Source: Macrostomum lignano (taxonomy: Eukaryota). Taken from it: a stretch of 64,000 nt of DNA. The position numbers and the translations under genes were made by a program. Below, piece after piece: positions 13,160-24,000 of the stretch; positions within the stretch are counted from its first letter, which is position 1; each line of letters starts with the position of its first letter. The stretch lies in the NCBI GenBank assembly GCA_002269645.1, contig NIVC01000656.1:115263-179262 (forward strand), in the 5' to 3' direction. Under the pieces are notes generated by a model. That model searched no databases and was not told the DNA's origin. It was given only the letters and a program-made list of their open reading frames with translations.

Positions 13160-13950
13160 GTTGGGCCGGTCACGTGATCAGCTGTGTCGACCTTGAATTA
13201 GCTCTCTTAGCCAATAGAGAAATCGCGTTTATTGCTTCAGCTGCAGAGGCGAGAAAGGGTTGGATTGAGAAAATAATCGCGGGCGCACGTTTTATGACCG
13301 GTTTGGGGTGGCTGGCTGGCTGGGTTGCCCACAAGCCGGCGCGGCCCCCTTACCTTATTCGTACCCACCCCTCTCCGCCACCGTTATTCACAAACAGTGA
13401 CTGTACATTCAATTCCAGTTCTTGCGCTTTTACTACCCCCCAACCTACCACCCTCCGCGCGCTCTTAAGACCAGTTTGTCCGGAAAATCCACCCCAGGCC
13501 CGTACCTCTAATGCACAGTATAAGCGCGCAGGCGAATCTAAGGGGTATAAAAACTGCTTGCTTGAACACCGTTCTGTCTGCCAACATTCTGCGACTACCC
13601 AATTCTCTTTCGCAGTAATTTAAGCCTGCTTTCCTGCCTTCAGAAAGAAATAATAGCGTGTCTTCAAGGCATTTTAACCGTCCGTCCGTTCTGTATGTTG
13701 TACTTTTCTGTCGTAAAACACCCCTGTTCTATCATCGCTGCTAAGTGTTTCGTTCTTAGTAATTCTAAGAATTCACTATTAAATTATAGAGCATTCCGCT
13801 CATTTTGTATTGTGAATTAAAATAACGGCCTTGAGAACTAAGAAAGATCAGTTGATATTTATTACCTTATTCCTTATTGTTACTCATCTTACATAACCAT
13901 CGTCGGAGGGAATCAAAAACTTTATTGTCGACACGGAAGACGGTAAGCAT
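13160..13950 (+). promoter_or_regulatory. Putative Pol II promoter and non-coding first exon
   Basis: GC-richer island with cacgtg (13171), agccaatag (~13210), TATAAAA (13546-13552) and a consensus donor cg|gtaagc at 13943. A solo LTR cannot be excluded. Confidence 0.4.
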
Positions 13951-14699
13951 ATTGCATTGGTTGTTTTTCTGTATTTTATTATGCGGCTAATAATTTTTTT
14001 ATTGCATGTAAAATTTTATTTTATTGCAAGTAGAAAGTATAATAAAATCGAAATAAAAGACAACTGATATCTCTTAGAAAAGTACATTAAAGATCAGTGC
14101 AAATTTAGCGCACTTAGTCATTGTCTAAACATTTTTGTGTAATCAATAATCAAACGTCAACTTCAAAGGAAGATTGGCCAGCATTATAATAAGGGGGTGT
14201 GTCGTTATACTTGGGCTTAGTGCACGTGTCCTGTGCTTAGTAAATTAACTTAAATTAAAACAAATTTGCCTCGTGAGAAAGACTAAGAAAGCTGCAAAAT
14301 TTAACAGAAAGTTGACAAACCCGATAGAAAATCTCTTCTCTTCTTCTGTTTACTAAGTGACAAAGTGAAGCTCAATGCACAGTTTAAAGACTCGGTGCAG
14401 ACCATGCAACATTTCTAGCTAGTCAAACGCTGGTATCTTATTGTGCTTTCGGAATTTAACCAGAATTGCCTAACCTATACAGCCTATATCTCTGGCTGAT
14501 TCTATTTATTAGATAGGAAAAAGCCAGTGACCTTGAAAATTTCAACAGTTTGAATAAACAACAATTTACCTTAGTAGCCCAGATATAGTTGACTCCAGAT
14601 CGAAGCAAAATTAGTGACTTCAGTATACAATTATAAAATGTCTAGGTGTTGCCTAGGCTTATGCTGGCTGCTAATTTTCAGTGACAAATTTAATGTATC

Positions 14700-17600
14700 T
14701 TGACGAGGGCGCCAAATTAAGTGTCTCAGGAGGGTGCGCAGATTGAGTGTCTGATAAGGGCGCCAAATTGTGTGTCTGAGGAGGGCGCTAAGTTAAGTGT
14801 TTGAGGGCGCCAAATTAAGTGTCTGAGAGTGCCATATTGAGTGTCTGAGAGCGCCAGATTGAGTGTCTGAGAGCGCCAAATTGAGTGTCTGAGAGCGCCA
14901 CATTGAGTGTCTGAGAGCGCCACATTGAGTGTCTGAGAGCGCCAAATTGAGTGTCTGAGAGCGCCAGATTGAGTGTCCGAGAGCGCCAGATTAAGTGTCT
15001 GAGACTTGAGAGCGCCAGATTGAGTGTGTGAGAGCGCCAAATTGAGAGGGCCAGATTGAGTGTGTGAGAGCGCCAAATTGAGAGGGCCAGATTGAGTGTG
15101 TGAGAGCGCCAAATTGAGAGGGCCAGATTGAGTGTGTGAGAGCGCCAAATTGAGAGGGCCAGATTGAGTGTCTGAGAGCGCCAAATTGAGAGCGCCAGAT
15201 TGAGTGTCTGAGAGCGCCAAATTGAGAGCGCCAGATTGAGTGTCTGAGAGCGCCAAATTGAGAGGGCCAGATTGAGTGTCTGAGAGCGCCAGATTGAGTG
15301 TCTAAGAGCGCCACATTGAGTGTCTGAGAGCGCCAGGTTAAGTGTCTGAGAGGGCCAGATTAAGTGTCTGAGAGCGCCAGATTGAGTGTCTGAGAGTGCC
15401 AGATTGAGTGTCTGAGAGTGCCAGATTGAGTGTCTGAGAGTGCCAGATTGAGTGTCTAAGAGCGCCACATTGAGTGTCTGAGAGCGCCAGGTAAGTGTCT
15501 GAGAGTGCCAGATTGAGTGTGTGAGAGCGCCAGATTGAGTGTCTGAGAGCGCCAGATTGAGTGTCTGAGAGCGCCAGATTGAGTGTGTGAGAGCGCCAGA
15601 TTGAGTGTCTGAGAGCGCCAGATTGAGTGTCTGACAACGCCAGATTGAGAGCGCCAGATTGAGTGTCTGAGAGCGCCAAATTGAGTGTCTGAGAGTGCCA
15701 GATTGAGTGTCTGAGAGCGCCAAATTGAGTGTCTGAGAGCGCCAGATTGAGTGTCTGAGAGCGCCAAATTGAGAGGGCCAGATTGAGTGTCTGAGAGCGC
15801 CAGATTGAGTGTCTGAGAGCGCCAGGTTGAGTGTCTGAGAGTGCCAGATTGAGTGTCTGAGAGTGCCAGATTGAGTGTCTAAGAGCGCCACATTGAGTGT
15901 CTGAGAGCGCCAGGTAAGTGTCTGAGAGTGCCAGATTGAGTGTCTGAGAGCGCCAGATTGAGTGTCTGAGAGCGCCAGATTGAGTGTCTGAGAGCGCCAG
16001 ATTGAGTTTCTAAGAGCGCCAGATTGAGTGTGTGAGAGCGCCACATTGAGTGTCTGAGAGCGCCAGATTGAGTGTCTGAGAGCGCCAGATTGAGTGTCTG
16101 AGAGCGCCAGGTTAAGTGTCTAAGAGCGCCACATTGAGTGTCTGACAACGCCAGATTGAGAGCGCCAGATTGAGTGTCTGAGAGCGCCAAATTGAGAGGG
16201 CCAGATTGAGTGTCTGAGAGCGCCAGATTGAGTGTCTAAGAGCGCCACATTGAGTGTCTGAGAGCGCCAGGTTAAGTGTCTGAGAGGGCCAGATTAAGTG
16301 TCTGAGAGCGCCAGATTGAGTGTCTGAGAGTGCCAGATTGAGTGTCTGAGTGCCAGATTGAGTGTCTGAGAGTGCCAGATTGAGTGTCTAAGAGCGCCAC
16401 ATTGAGTGTCTGAGAGCGCCAGGTAAGTGTCTGAGAGTGCCAGATTGAGTGTGTGAGAGCGCCAGATTGAGTGTCTAAGAGCGCCAGATTGAGTGTCTGA
16501 CAACGCCAGATTGAGAGCGCCAGATTGAGTGTCTGAGAGCGCCAAATTGAGTGTCTGAGAGTGCCAGATTGAGTGTCTGAGAGCGCCAAATTGAGTGTCT
16601 GAGAGCGCCAGATTGAGTGTCTGAGAGCGCCAAATTGAGAGGGCCAGATTGAGTGTCTGAGAGTGCCAGATTGAGTGTCTGAGAGTGCCAGATTGAGTGT
16701 CTAAGAGCGCCACATTGAGTGTCTGAGAGCGCCAGGTAAGTGTCTGAGAGTGCCAGATTGAGTGTGTGAGAGCGCCAGATTGAGTGTCTGAGAGCGCCAG
16801 ATTGAGTGTCTGACAACGCCAGATTGAGAGCGGCAGATTGAGTGTCTGAGAGCGCCAAATTGAGTGTCTGAGAGCGCCAGATTGAGTGTCTGAGAGCGCC
16901 AAATTGAGTGTGTGAGAGCGCCAGATTGAGTGTCTGAGAGCGCCAAATTGAGAGGGCCAGATTGAGTGTCTGAGAGCGCCAGATTGAGTGTCTAAGAACG
17001 CCACATTGAGTGTCTGAGAGCGCCAGATTGAGTGTGTAAGAGCGCCAGATTGAGTGTCTGAGAGCGCCAGATTGAGTGTCTGAGAGCGCCAGATTGAGTG
17101 TCTGAGAGCGCCACATTGAGTGTCTGAGAGCGCCAGATTGAGTGTCTGAGAGTGCCAGATTGAGTGTCTGAGAGTGCCAGATTGAGTGTCTGAGAGCGCC
17201 AGATTGAGAGTGCCAGATTGAGTGTCTGAGAGCGCCAGATTGAGAGTGCCAGATTGAGTGTCTGAGAGCGCCAGATTGAGAGGGCCAGATTGAGTGTCTG
17301 AGAGCGCCAGATTGAGAGTGCCAGATTGAGTGTCTGAGAGCGCCAGATTGAGTGTCTGAGAGTGCCAGATTGAGTGTCTGAGAGCGCCAAATTGAGTGTC
17401 TGAGAGCGCCAGATTGAGTGTCTGAGAGCGCCAAATTGAGAGGGCCAGATTGAGTGTCTGAGAGTGCCAGATTGAGTGTCTGAGAGTGCCAGATTGAGTG
17501 TCTAAGAGCGCCACATTGAGTGTCTGAGAGCGCCAGGTAAGTGTCTGAGAGTGCCAGATTGAGTGTGTGAGAGCGCCAGATTGAGTGTCTGAGAGCGCCA

Positions 17601-20600
17601 GATTGAGTGTCTGACAACGCCAGATTGAGAGCGGCAGATTGAGTGTCTGAGAGCGCCAAATTGAGTGTCTGAGAGCGCCAGATTGAGTGTCTGAGAGCGC
17701 CAAATTGAGTGTGTGAGAGCGCCAGATTGAGTGTCTGAGAGCGCCAAATTGAGAGGGCCAGATTGAGTGTCTGAGAGCGCCAAATTGAGAGGGCCAGATT
17801 GAGTGTCTGAGAGCGCCAGATTGAGTGTCTAAGAACGCCACATTGAGTGTCTGAGAGCGCCAGATTGAGTGTGTGAGAGCGCCAGATTGAGTGTCTGAGA
17901 GCGCCAGATTGAGTGTCTGAGAGCGCCAGATTGAGTGTCTGAGAGCGCCACATTGAGTGTCTGAGAGCGCCAGATTGAGTGTCTGAGAGTGCCAGATTGA
18001 GTGTCTGAGAGTGCCAGATTGAGTGTCTGAGAGCGCCAGATTGAGAGTGCCAGATTGAGTGTCTGAGAGCGCCAGATTGAGAGTGCCAGATTGAGTGTCT
18101 GAGAGCGCCAGATTGAGAGGGCCAGATTGAGTGTCTGAGAGCGCCAGATTGAGAGTGCCAGATTGAGTGTCTGAGAGCGCCAGATTGAGAGTGCCAGATT
18201 GTGTCTGAGAGCGCCAGATTGAGTGTCTGAGAGCGCCAGATTGAGAGTGCCAGATTGAGTGTCTGAGAGCGCCAGATTGAGTGTCTGAGAGCGCCAGATT
18301 GAGTGTCTGAGAGTGCCAGATTGAGTGTCTGAGAGCGCCAGATTGAGTGTCTGAGAGCGCCACATTGAGTGTCTGAGAGCGCCAAATTGAGTGTCTGAGA
18401 GCGCCAGATTGAGTGTCTGAGAGCGCCAGATTGAGAGTGCCAGATTGAGTGTCTGAGAGCGCCAGATTGAGAGTGCCAGATTGAGTGTCTGAGAGCGCCA
18501 GATTGAGAGGGCCAGATTGAGTGTCTGAGAGCGCCAGATTGAGAGTGCCAGATTGAGTGTCTGAGAGCGCCAGATTGAGAGTGCCAGATTGTGTCTGAGA
18601 GTGCCAGATTGAGTGTCTGAGAGCGCCAGATTGAGAGTGCCAGATTGAGTGTCTGAGAGCGCCAGATTGAGTGTCTGAGAGCGCCAGATTGAGTGTCTGA
18701 GAGTGCCAGATTGAGTGTCTGAGAGCGCCAGATTGAGTGTCTGAGAGCGCCACATTGAGTGTCTGAGAGCGCCAAATTGAGTGTCTGAGAGCGCCAGATT
18801 GAGTGTCTGAGAGCGCCAGATTGAGTGTCTGAGAGCGCCAGATTGAGTGTCTGAGAGCGCCAGATTGAGTGTCTGAGAGCGCCAGGTTAAGTGTCTAAGA
18901 GCGCCACATTGAGTGTCTGAGAGCGCCAAATTGAGTGTCCGTGAGCGCCAAATTGAGTGTCTGAGAGCGCCAGATTGAGTGTCTGACAACGCCAGATTGA
19001 GAGCGCCAGATTGAGTGTCTGAGAGCGCCAAATTGAGAGGGCCAGATTGAGTGTCTGAGAGCGCCAGATTGAGTGTCTGAGAGCGCCACATTGAGTGTCT
19101 GAGAGCGCCACATTGAGTGTCTGAGAGCGCCAGATTGAGTGTCTGAGAGCGCCAGATTGAGTGTCTGAGAGCGCCAGATTGAGTGTCTGAGAGCGCCAAA
19201 TTGAGTGTCTGAGAGCGCCAGATTGAGTGTCTGAGAGCGCCAGATTGAGTGTCTGAGAGCGCCAAATTGAGTGTCTGAGAGCGCCACATTGAGTGTCTGA
19301 GAGCGCCAGATTGAGTGTCTGAGAGCGCCAGATTGAGTGTCTGAGAGCGCCAAATTGAGAGGGCCAGATTGAGTGTCTGAGAGCGCCAGATTGAGTGTCT
19401 GACAACGCCAGATTGAGAGCGCCAGATTGAGTGTCTGAGAGCGCCAAATTGAGAGGGCCAGATTGAGTGTCTGAGAGCGCCAGATTGAGTGTCTGAGAGC
19501 GCCAGATTGAGTGTCTGAGAGCGCCAGATTGAGTGTCTGAGAGCGCCAGATTGAGTGTCTGAGAGCGCCAGATTGAGTGTCTGAGAGCGCCAAATTGAGT
19601 GTCTGAGAGCGCCAGATTGAGTGTCTGAGAGCGCCAAATTGAGTGTCTGAGAGCGCCAGATTGAGTGTCTGAGAGCGCCAAATTGAGAGGGCCAGATTGA
19701 GTGTCTCAGAGCGCCAAATTGAGAGGGCCAGATTGAGTGTCTGAGAGCGCCAGATTGAGTGTCTGAGAGCGCCAAATTGAGAGGGCCAGATTGAGTGTCT
19801 GAGAGCGCCAAATTGAGTGTCTGAGAGCGCCAGATTGAGTGTGTGAGAGCGCCACATTGAGTGTCTGAGAGCGCCAGATTGAGTGTCTGAGAGCGCCAGA
19901 TTGAGTGTCTGAGAGCGCCAGGTTAAGTGTCTAAGAGCGCCACATTGAGTGTCTGAGAGCGCCAGATTAAGTGTCTGAGAGCGCCAAATTGAGTGTCTCA
20001 GAGCGCCAGATTGAGTGTCTGAGAGCGCCAAATTGAGTGTCTGAGAGCGCCACATTGAGTGTCTGAGAGCGCCACATTGAGTGTCTGAGAGCGCCAGATT
20101 GAGTGTCTGAGAGCGCCAGATTGAGTGTCTGAGAGCGCCACATTGAGTGTCTGAGAGCGCCAAATTGAGTGTCTGAGAGCGCCAAATTGAGTGTCTGAGA
20201 GCGCCAAATTGAGTGTCTGAGAGCGCCAGATTGAGTGTCTGAGAGCGCCAGATTGAGTGTCTGAGAGCGCCAAATTGAGTGTCTGAGAGCGCCACATTGA
20301 GTGTCTGAGAGCGCCAGATTGAGTGTCTGAGAGCGCCAGATTGAGTGTCTGAGAGCGCCAAATTGAGAGGGCCAGATTGAGTGTCTGAGAGCGCCAGATT
20401 GAGTGTCTGACAACGCCAGATTGAGAGCGCCAGATTGAGTGTCTGAGAGCGCCAAATTGAGAGGGCCAGATTGAGTGTCTGAGAGCGCCAGATTGAGTGT
20501 CTGAGAGCGCCAGATTGAGTGTCTGAGAGCGCCAGATTGAGTGTCTGAGAGCGCCAGATTGAGTGTCTGAGAGCGCCAAATTGAGTGTCTGAGAGCGCCA

Positions 20601-20980
20601 GATTGAGTGTCTGAGAGCGCCAAATTGAGAGGGCCAGATTGAGTGTCTGAGAGCGCCAGATTGAGTGTCTGAGAGCGCCAAATTGAGAGGGCCAGATTGA
20701 GTGTCTGAGAGCGCCAGATTGAGTGTCTGAGAGCGCCAGATTGAGAGCGCCAGATTGAGAGGGCCAGATTGAGTGTCTGAGAGCGCCAGATTGAGTGTCT
20801 GACAACGCCAGATTGAGAGCGCCAGATTGAGTGTCTGAGAGCGCCAAATTGAGAGGGCCAGATTGAGTGTCTGAGAGCGCCAGATTGAGTGTCTGAGAGC
20901 GCCAAATTGAGTGTCTGAGAGCGCCAGATTGAGTGTCTGAGAGCGCCAAATTGAGTGTCTGAGAGTGCCAGATTGAGTGC
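14700..20980. repeat. 6.3-kb satellite/minisatellite, 22-bp unit with a 14-bp variant
   Basis: Tandem gagcgccagattgagtgtctga interspersed with gagggccagattga. The left edge is degenerate. Confidence 0.98.
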
Positions 20981-21089
20981 ATCTATACAGTGTGACAGAG
21001 CCAACACGGGAGAGTAACTGCGGATGTACATGAAACTCCTGCACAACACAATGCATTGCAGATAAGAGTGTTCAAGCAGCTCAGCAATC

Positions 21090-24000
21090 ATGCGAAAGAC
21101 TAGCGAAGTTGCTATCCAGCAACAGCAGCAACAGCAGAAGATGTCACTGAAACGCAAATCCATGCTAGCACAGAATCCTGCAAACGATATCGATGGGAGA
21201 ATTGTGCCTGCCCCGAAGGAGCCGAGAACCAACGGATCCGCCGCCAACTTCAAGAAGCCTCTTATTCGAGTTCGCGAACAATGGCACTGCCCGATGAGTC
21301 GCATGGCTCAGTGCACCTCTAATCCGATTAGAAAAATTGTCGACCAAATGAAATTGACCCCCAATCCAGAGAAAAAGATGATCGCCCTGTCAATCGGCGA
21401 TCCGACCATATTTGGTAATCTGTCTCCGCCGGAACAGCTTCTGGATTTGGTTGACAAGCGCCTGCGGAACGGCAAATGCAACGGGTACGCCCCGTCTGTT
21501 GGGTACGAGCCAGCCAGAACTGCCGTGGCCAAGTACTCCGTTTGCGAGGGATATCAAAATCTTGAGGCCAAGGTTTGTCTTTATTGTTGTGGTCTTGCTT
21601 TTGTGTCTTTTCAAACCGGCCTTGGATTCTTTTCAGTGTCTGCCCCCTCAGTTGCTGTCCCCTCAGCTCCTTCAGTGGCTGTCCCCTCAGCTCCTTCAGT
21701 GGCTGTCCCCTCAGCTCCTTCAGTGGGGCTGTCCCCTCAGCCCCCTCAGTTGCTGTCCCCTCAGCTCCTTCAGTGGCTGTCCCCTCAGCTCCTTCAGTGG
21801 CTGTCCCCTCAGCTCCTTCAGTGGCTGTCCCCTCAGCTCCTTCAGTGGGGCTGTCCCCTCAGCCCCCTCAGTTGCTGTCCCCTCAGCTCCTTCAGTGGCT
21901 GTCCCCTCAGCTCCTTCAGTGGCTGTCCCCTCAGCTCCTTCAGTGGGGCTGTCCCCTCAGCTCCTTCAGTGGGGCTGTCCCCTCAGCCCCCTCAGTTGCT
22001 GTCCCCTCAGCTCCTTCAGTGGCTGTCCCCTCAGCTCCTTCAGTGGAGCTGTCCCCTCAGCCCCCTCAGTTGCTGTCCCCTCAGCTCCTTCAGTGGCTGT
22101 CCCCTCAGCTCCTTCAGTGGAGCTGTCCCCTCAGCCCCTCAGTTGCTGTCCCCTCAGCTCCTTCAGTGGCTGTCCCCTCAGCTCCTTCAGTGGAGCTGTC
22201 CCCTCAGCCCCCTCAGTTGCTGTCCCCTCAGCTCCTTCAGTGGGGCTGTCCCCTCAGCCCCCTCAGTTGCTGTCCCCTCAGCTCCTTCAGTGGCTGTCCC
22301 CTCAGCTCCTTCAGTGGAGCTGTCCCCTCAGCCCCCTCAGTTGCTGTCCCCTCAGCTCCTTCAGTGGCTGTCCCCTCAGCTCCTTCAGTGGAGCTGTCCC
22401 CTCAGCCCCCTCAGTTGCTGTCCCCTCAGCTCCTTCAGTGGCTGTCCCCTCAGCTCCTTCAGTGGAGCTGTCCCCTCAGCCCCCTCAGTTGCTGTCCCCT
22501 CAGCTCCTTCAGTGGAGCTGTCCCCTCAGCCCCCTCAGTTGCTGTCCCCTCAGCTCCTTCAGTGGAGCTGTCCCCTCAGCTCCTTCAGTGGAGCTGTCCC
22601 CTCAGTGGGGCTGTGGCTGTCCCCTCAGCTCCTTCAGTGGAGCTGTCCCCTCAGCTCCTTCAGTGGGGCTGTCCCCTCAGCCCCCTCAGTTGCTGTCCCC
22701 TCAGCTCCTTCAGTGGCTGTCCCCTCAGCTCCTTCAGTGGAGCTGTCCCCTCAGCCCCCTCAGTTGCTGTCCCCTCAGCTCCTTCAGTGGAGCTGTCCCC
22801 TCAGCCCCCTCAGTTGCTGTCCCCTCAGCTCCTTCAGTGGAGCTGTCCCCTCAGCCCCCTCAGTTGCTGTCCCCTCAGCTCCTTCAGTGGAGCTGTCCCT
22901 CAGCCCCCTCAGTTGCTGTCCCCTCAGCTCCTTCAGTGGAGCTGTCCCCTCAGCCCCCTCAGTTGCTGTCCCCTCAGCTCCTTCAGTGGAGCTGTCCCCT
23001 CAGCTCCTTCAGTGGAGCTGTCCCCTCAGTGGGGCTGTCCCCTCAGCTCCTTCAGTGGAGCTGTCCCCTCAGCTCCTTCAGTGGAGCTGTCCCCTCAGCT
23101 CCTTCAGTGGAGCTGTCCCCTCAGCTCCTTCAGTGGAGCTGTCCCCTCAGCTCCTTCAGTGGAGCTGTCCCCTCAGCTCCTTCAGTGGCTGTCCCCTCAG
23201 CTCCTTCAGTGGGGCTGTCCCCTCAGCTCCTTCAGTGGAGCTGTCCCCTCAGCTCCTTCAGTGGAGCTGTCCCCTCAGCTCCTTCAGTGGAGCTGTCCCC
23301 TCAGCTCCTTCAGTGGAGCTGTCCCCTCAGCTCCTTCAGTGGAGCTGTCCCCTCAGCTCCTTCAGTGGGGCTGTCCCCTCAGATCCTTCAGTGGAGCTGT
23401 CCCCTCAGTGGAGCTGTCCCCTCAGATCCTTCAGTGGGTGCCGCAGCCTAGTAAGGTGCTAACAAGTGTTTCCAAAGGTATTGCATGTCTGTGTGACTGC
23501 CAGCCGCTCTATAGCTCGTAGCTCTGTTTGACGTGACCAATAGCCTCCCAAGCTGCGGGCCGGTGGCTGTGCATTAGGTGAGCCAGCTGTAGTATGGTCA
23601 CTCAACTCCTGATATGATCTTAACACAGGCGCATTATCTTATCGGCAATAAGAAATAGTTTGTGACGCTCTGTTCGAGACTGCAGAAATCTAGTTAAAGA
23701 TTTTTTTAGTATTTTCGCTATAGTTTTTGCTCTAGTTTCACGAATGGTTGACAAGCGTGACGTCACGGATTACAATGGCAGTTTATTCACCAATTATAGC
23801 TCCTTACTCACCCACTCACAAACTTCATTGTCATCCATTCACCAAATTCAGTGCCATATTCACCAATATTAGTGCCATATTAACCAAATTCAGTGCCATA
23901 TTAACCAAATTCAGTGCCATATTAACCAAATTCAGTGCCATATTAACCAAATTCAGTGCCATATTAACCAAATTCAGTGCCATATTAACCAAATTCAGTG

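Noticed and set aside
14726-21056. Many long minus-strand ORFs (up to 819 aa, LALSDTQSGALRHSIWRSQTLN repeats)
   Set aside because: They are translations of a stop-free 22/14-bp satellite, open in several frames, with no domain content.
21573-23521. 650-790 aa ORFs extending TAT exon 1
   Set aside because: Read-through past the GT donor at 21573 into a repeat that is open in all three frames. TAT homology resumes at 25557.
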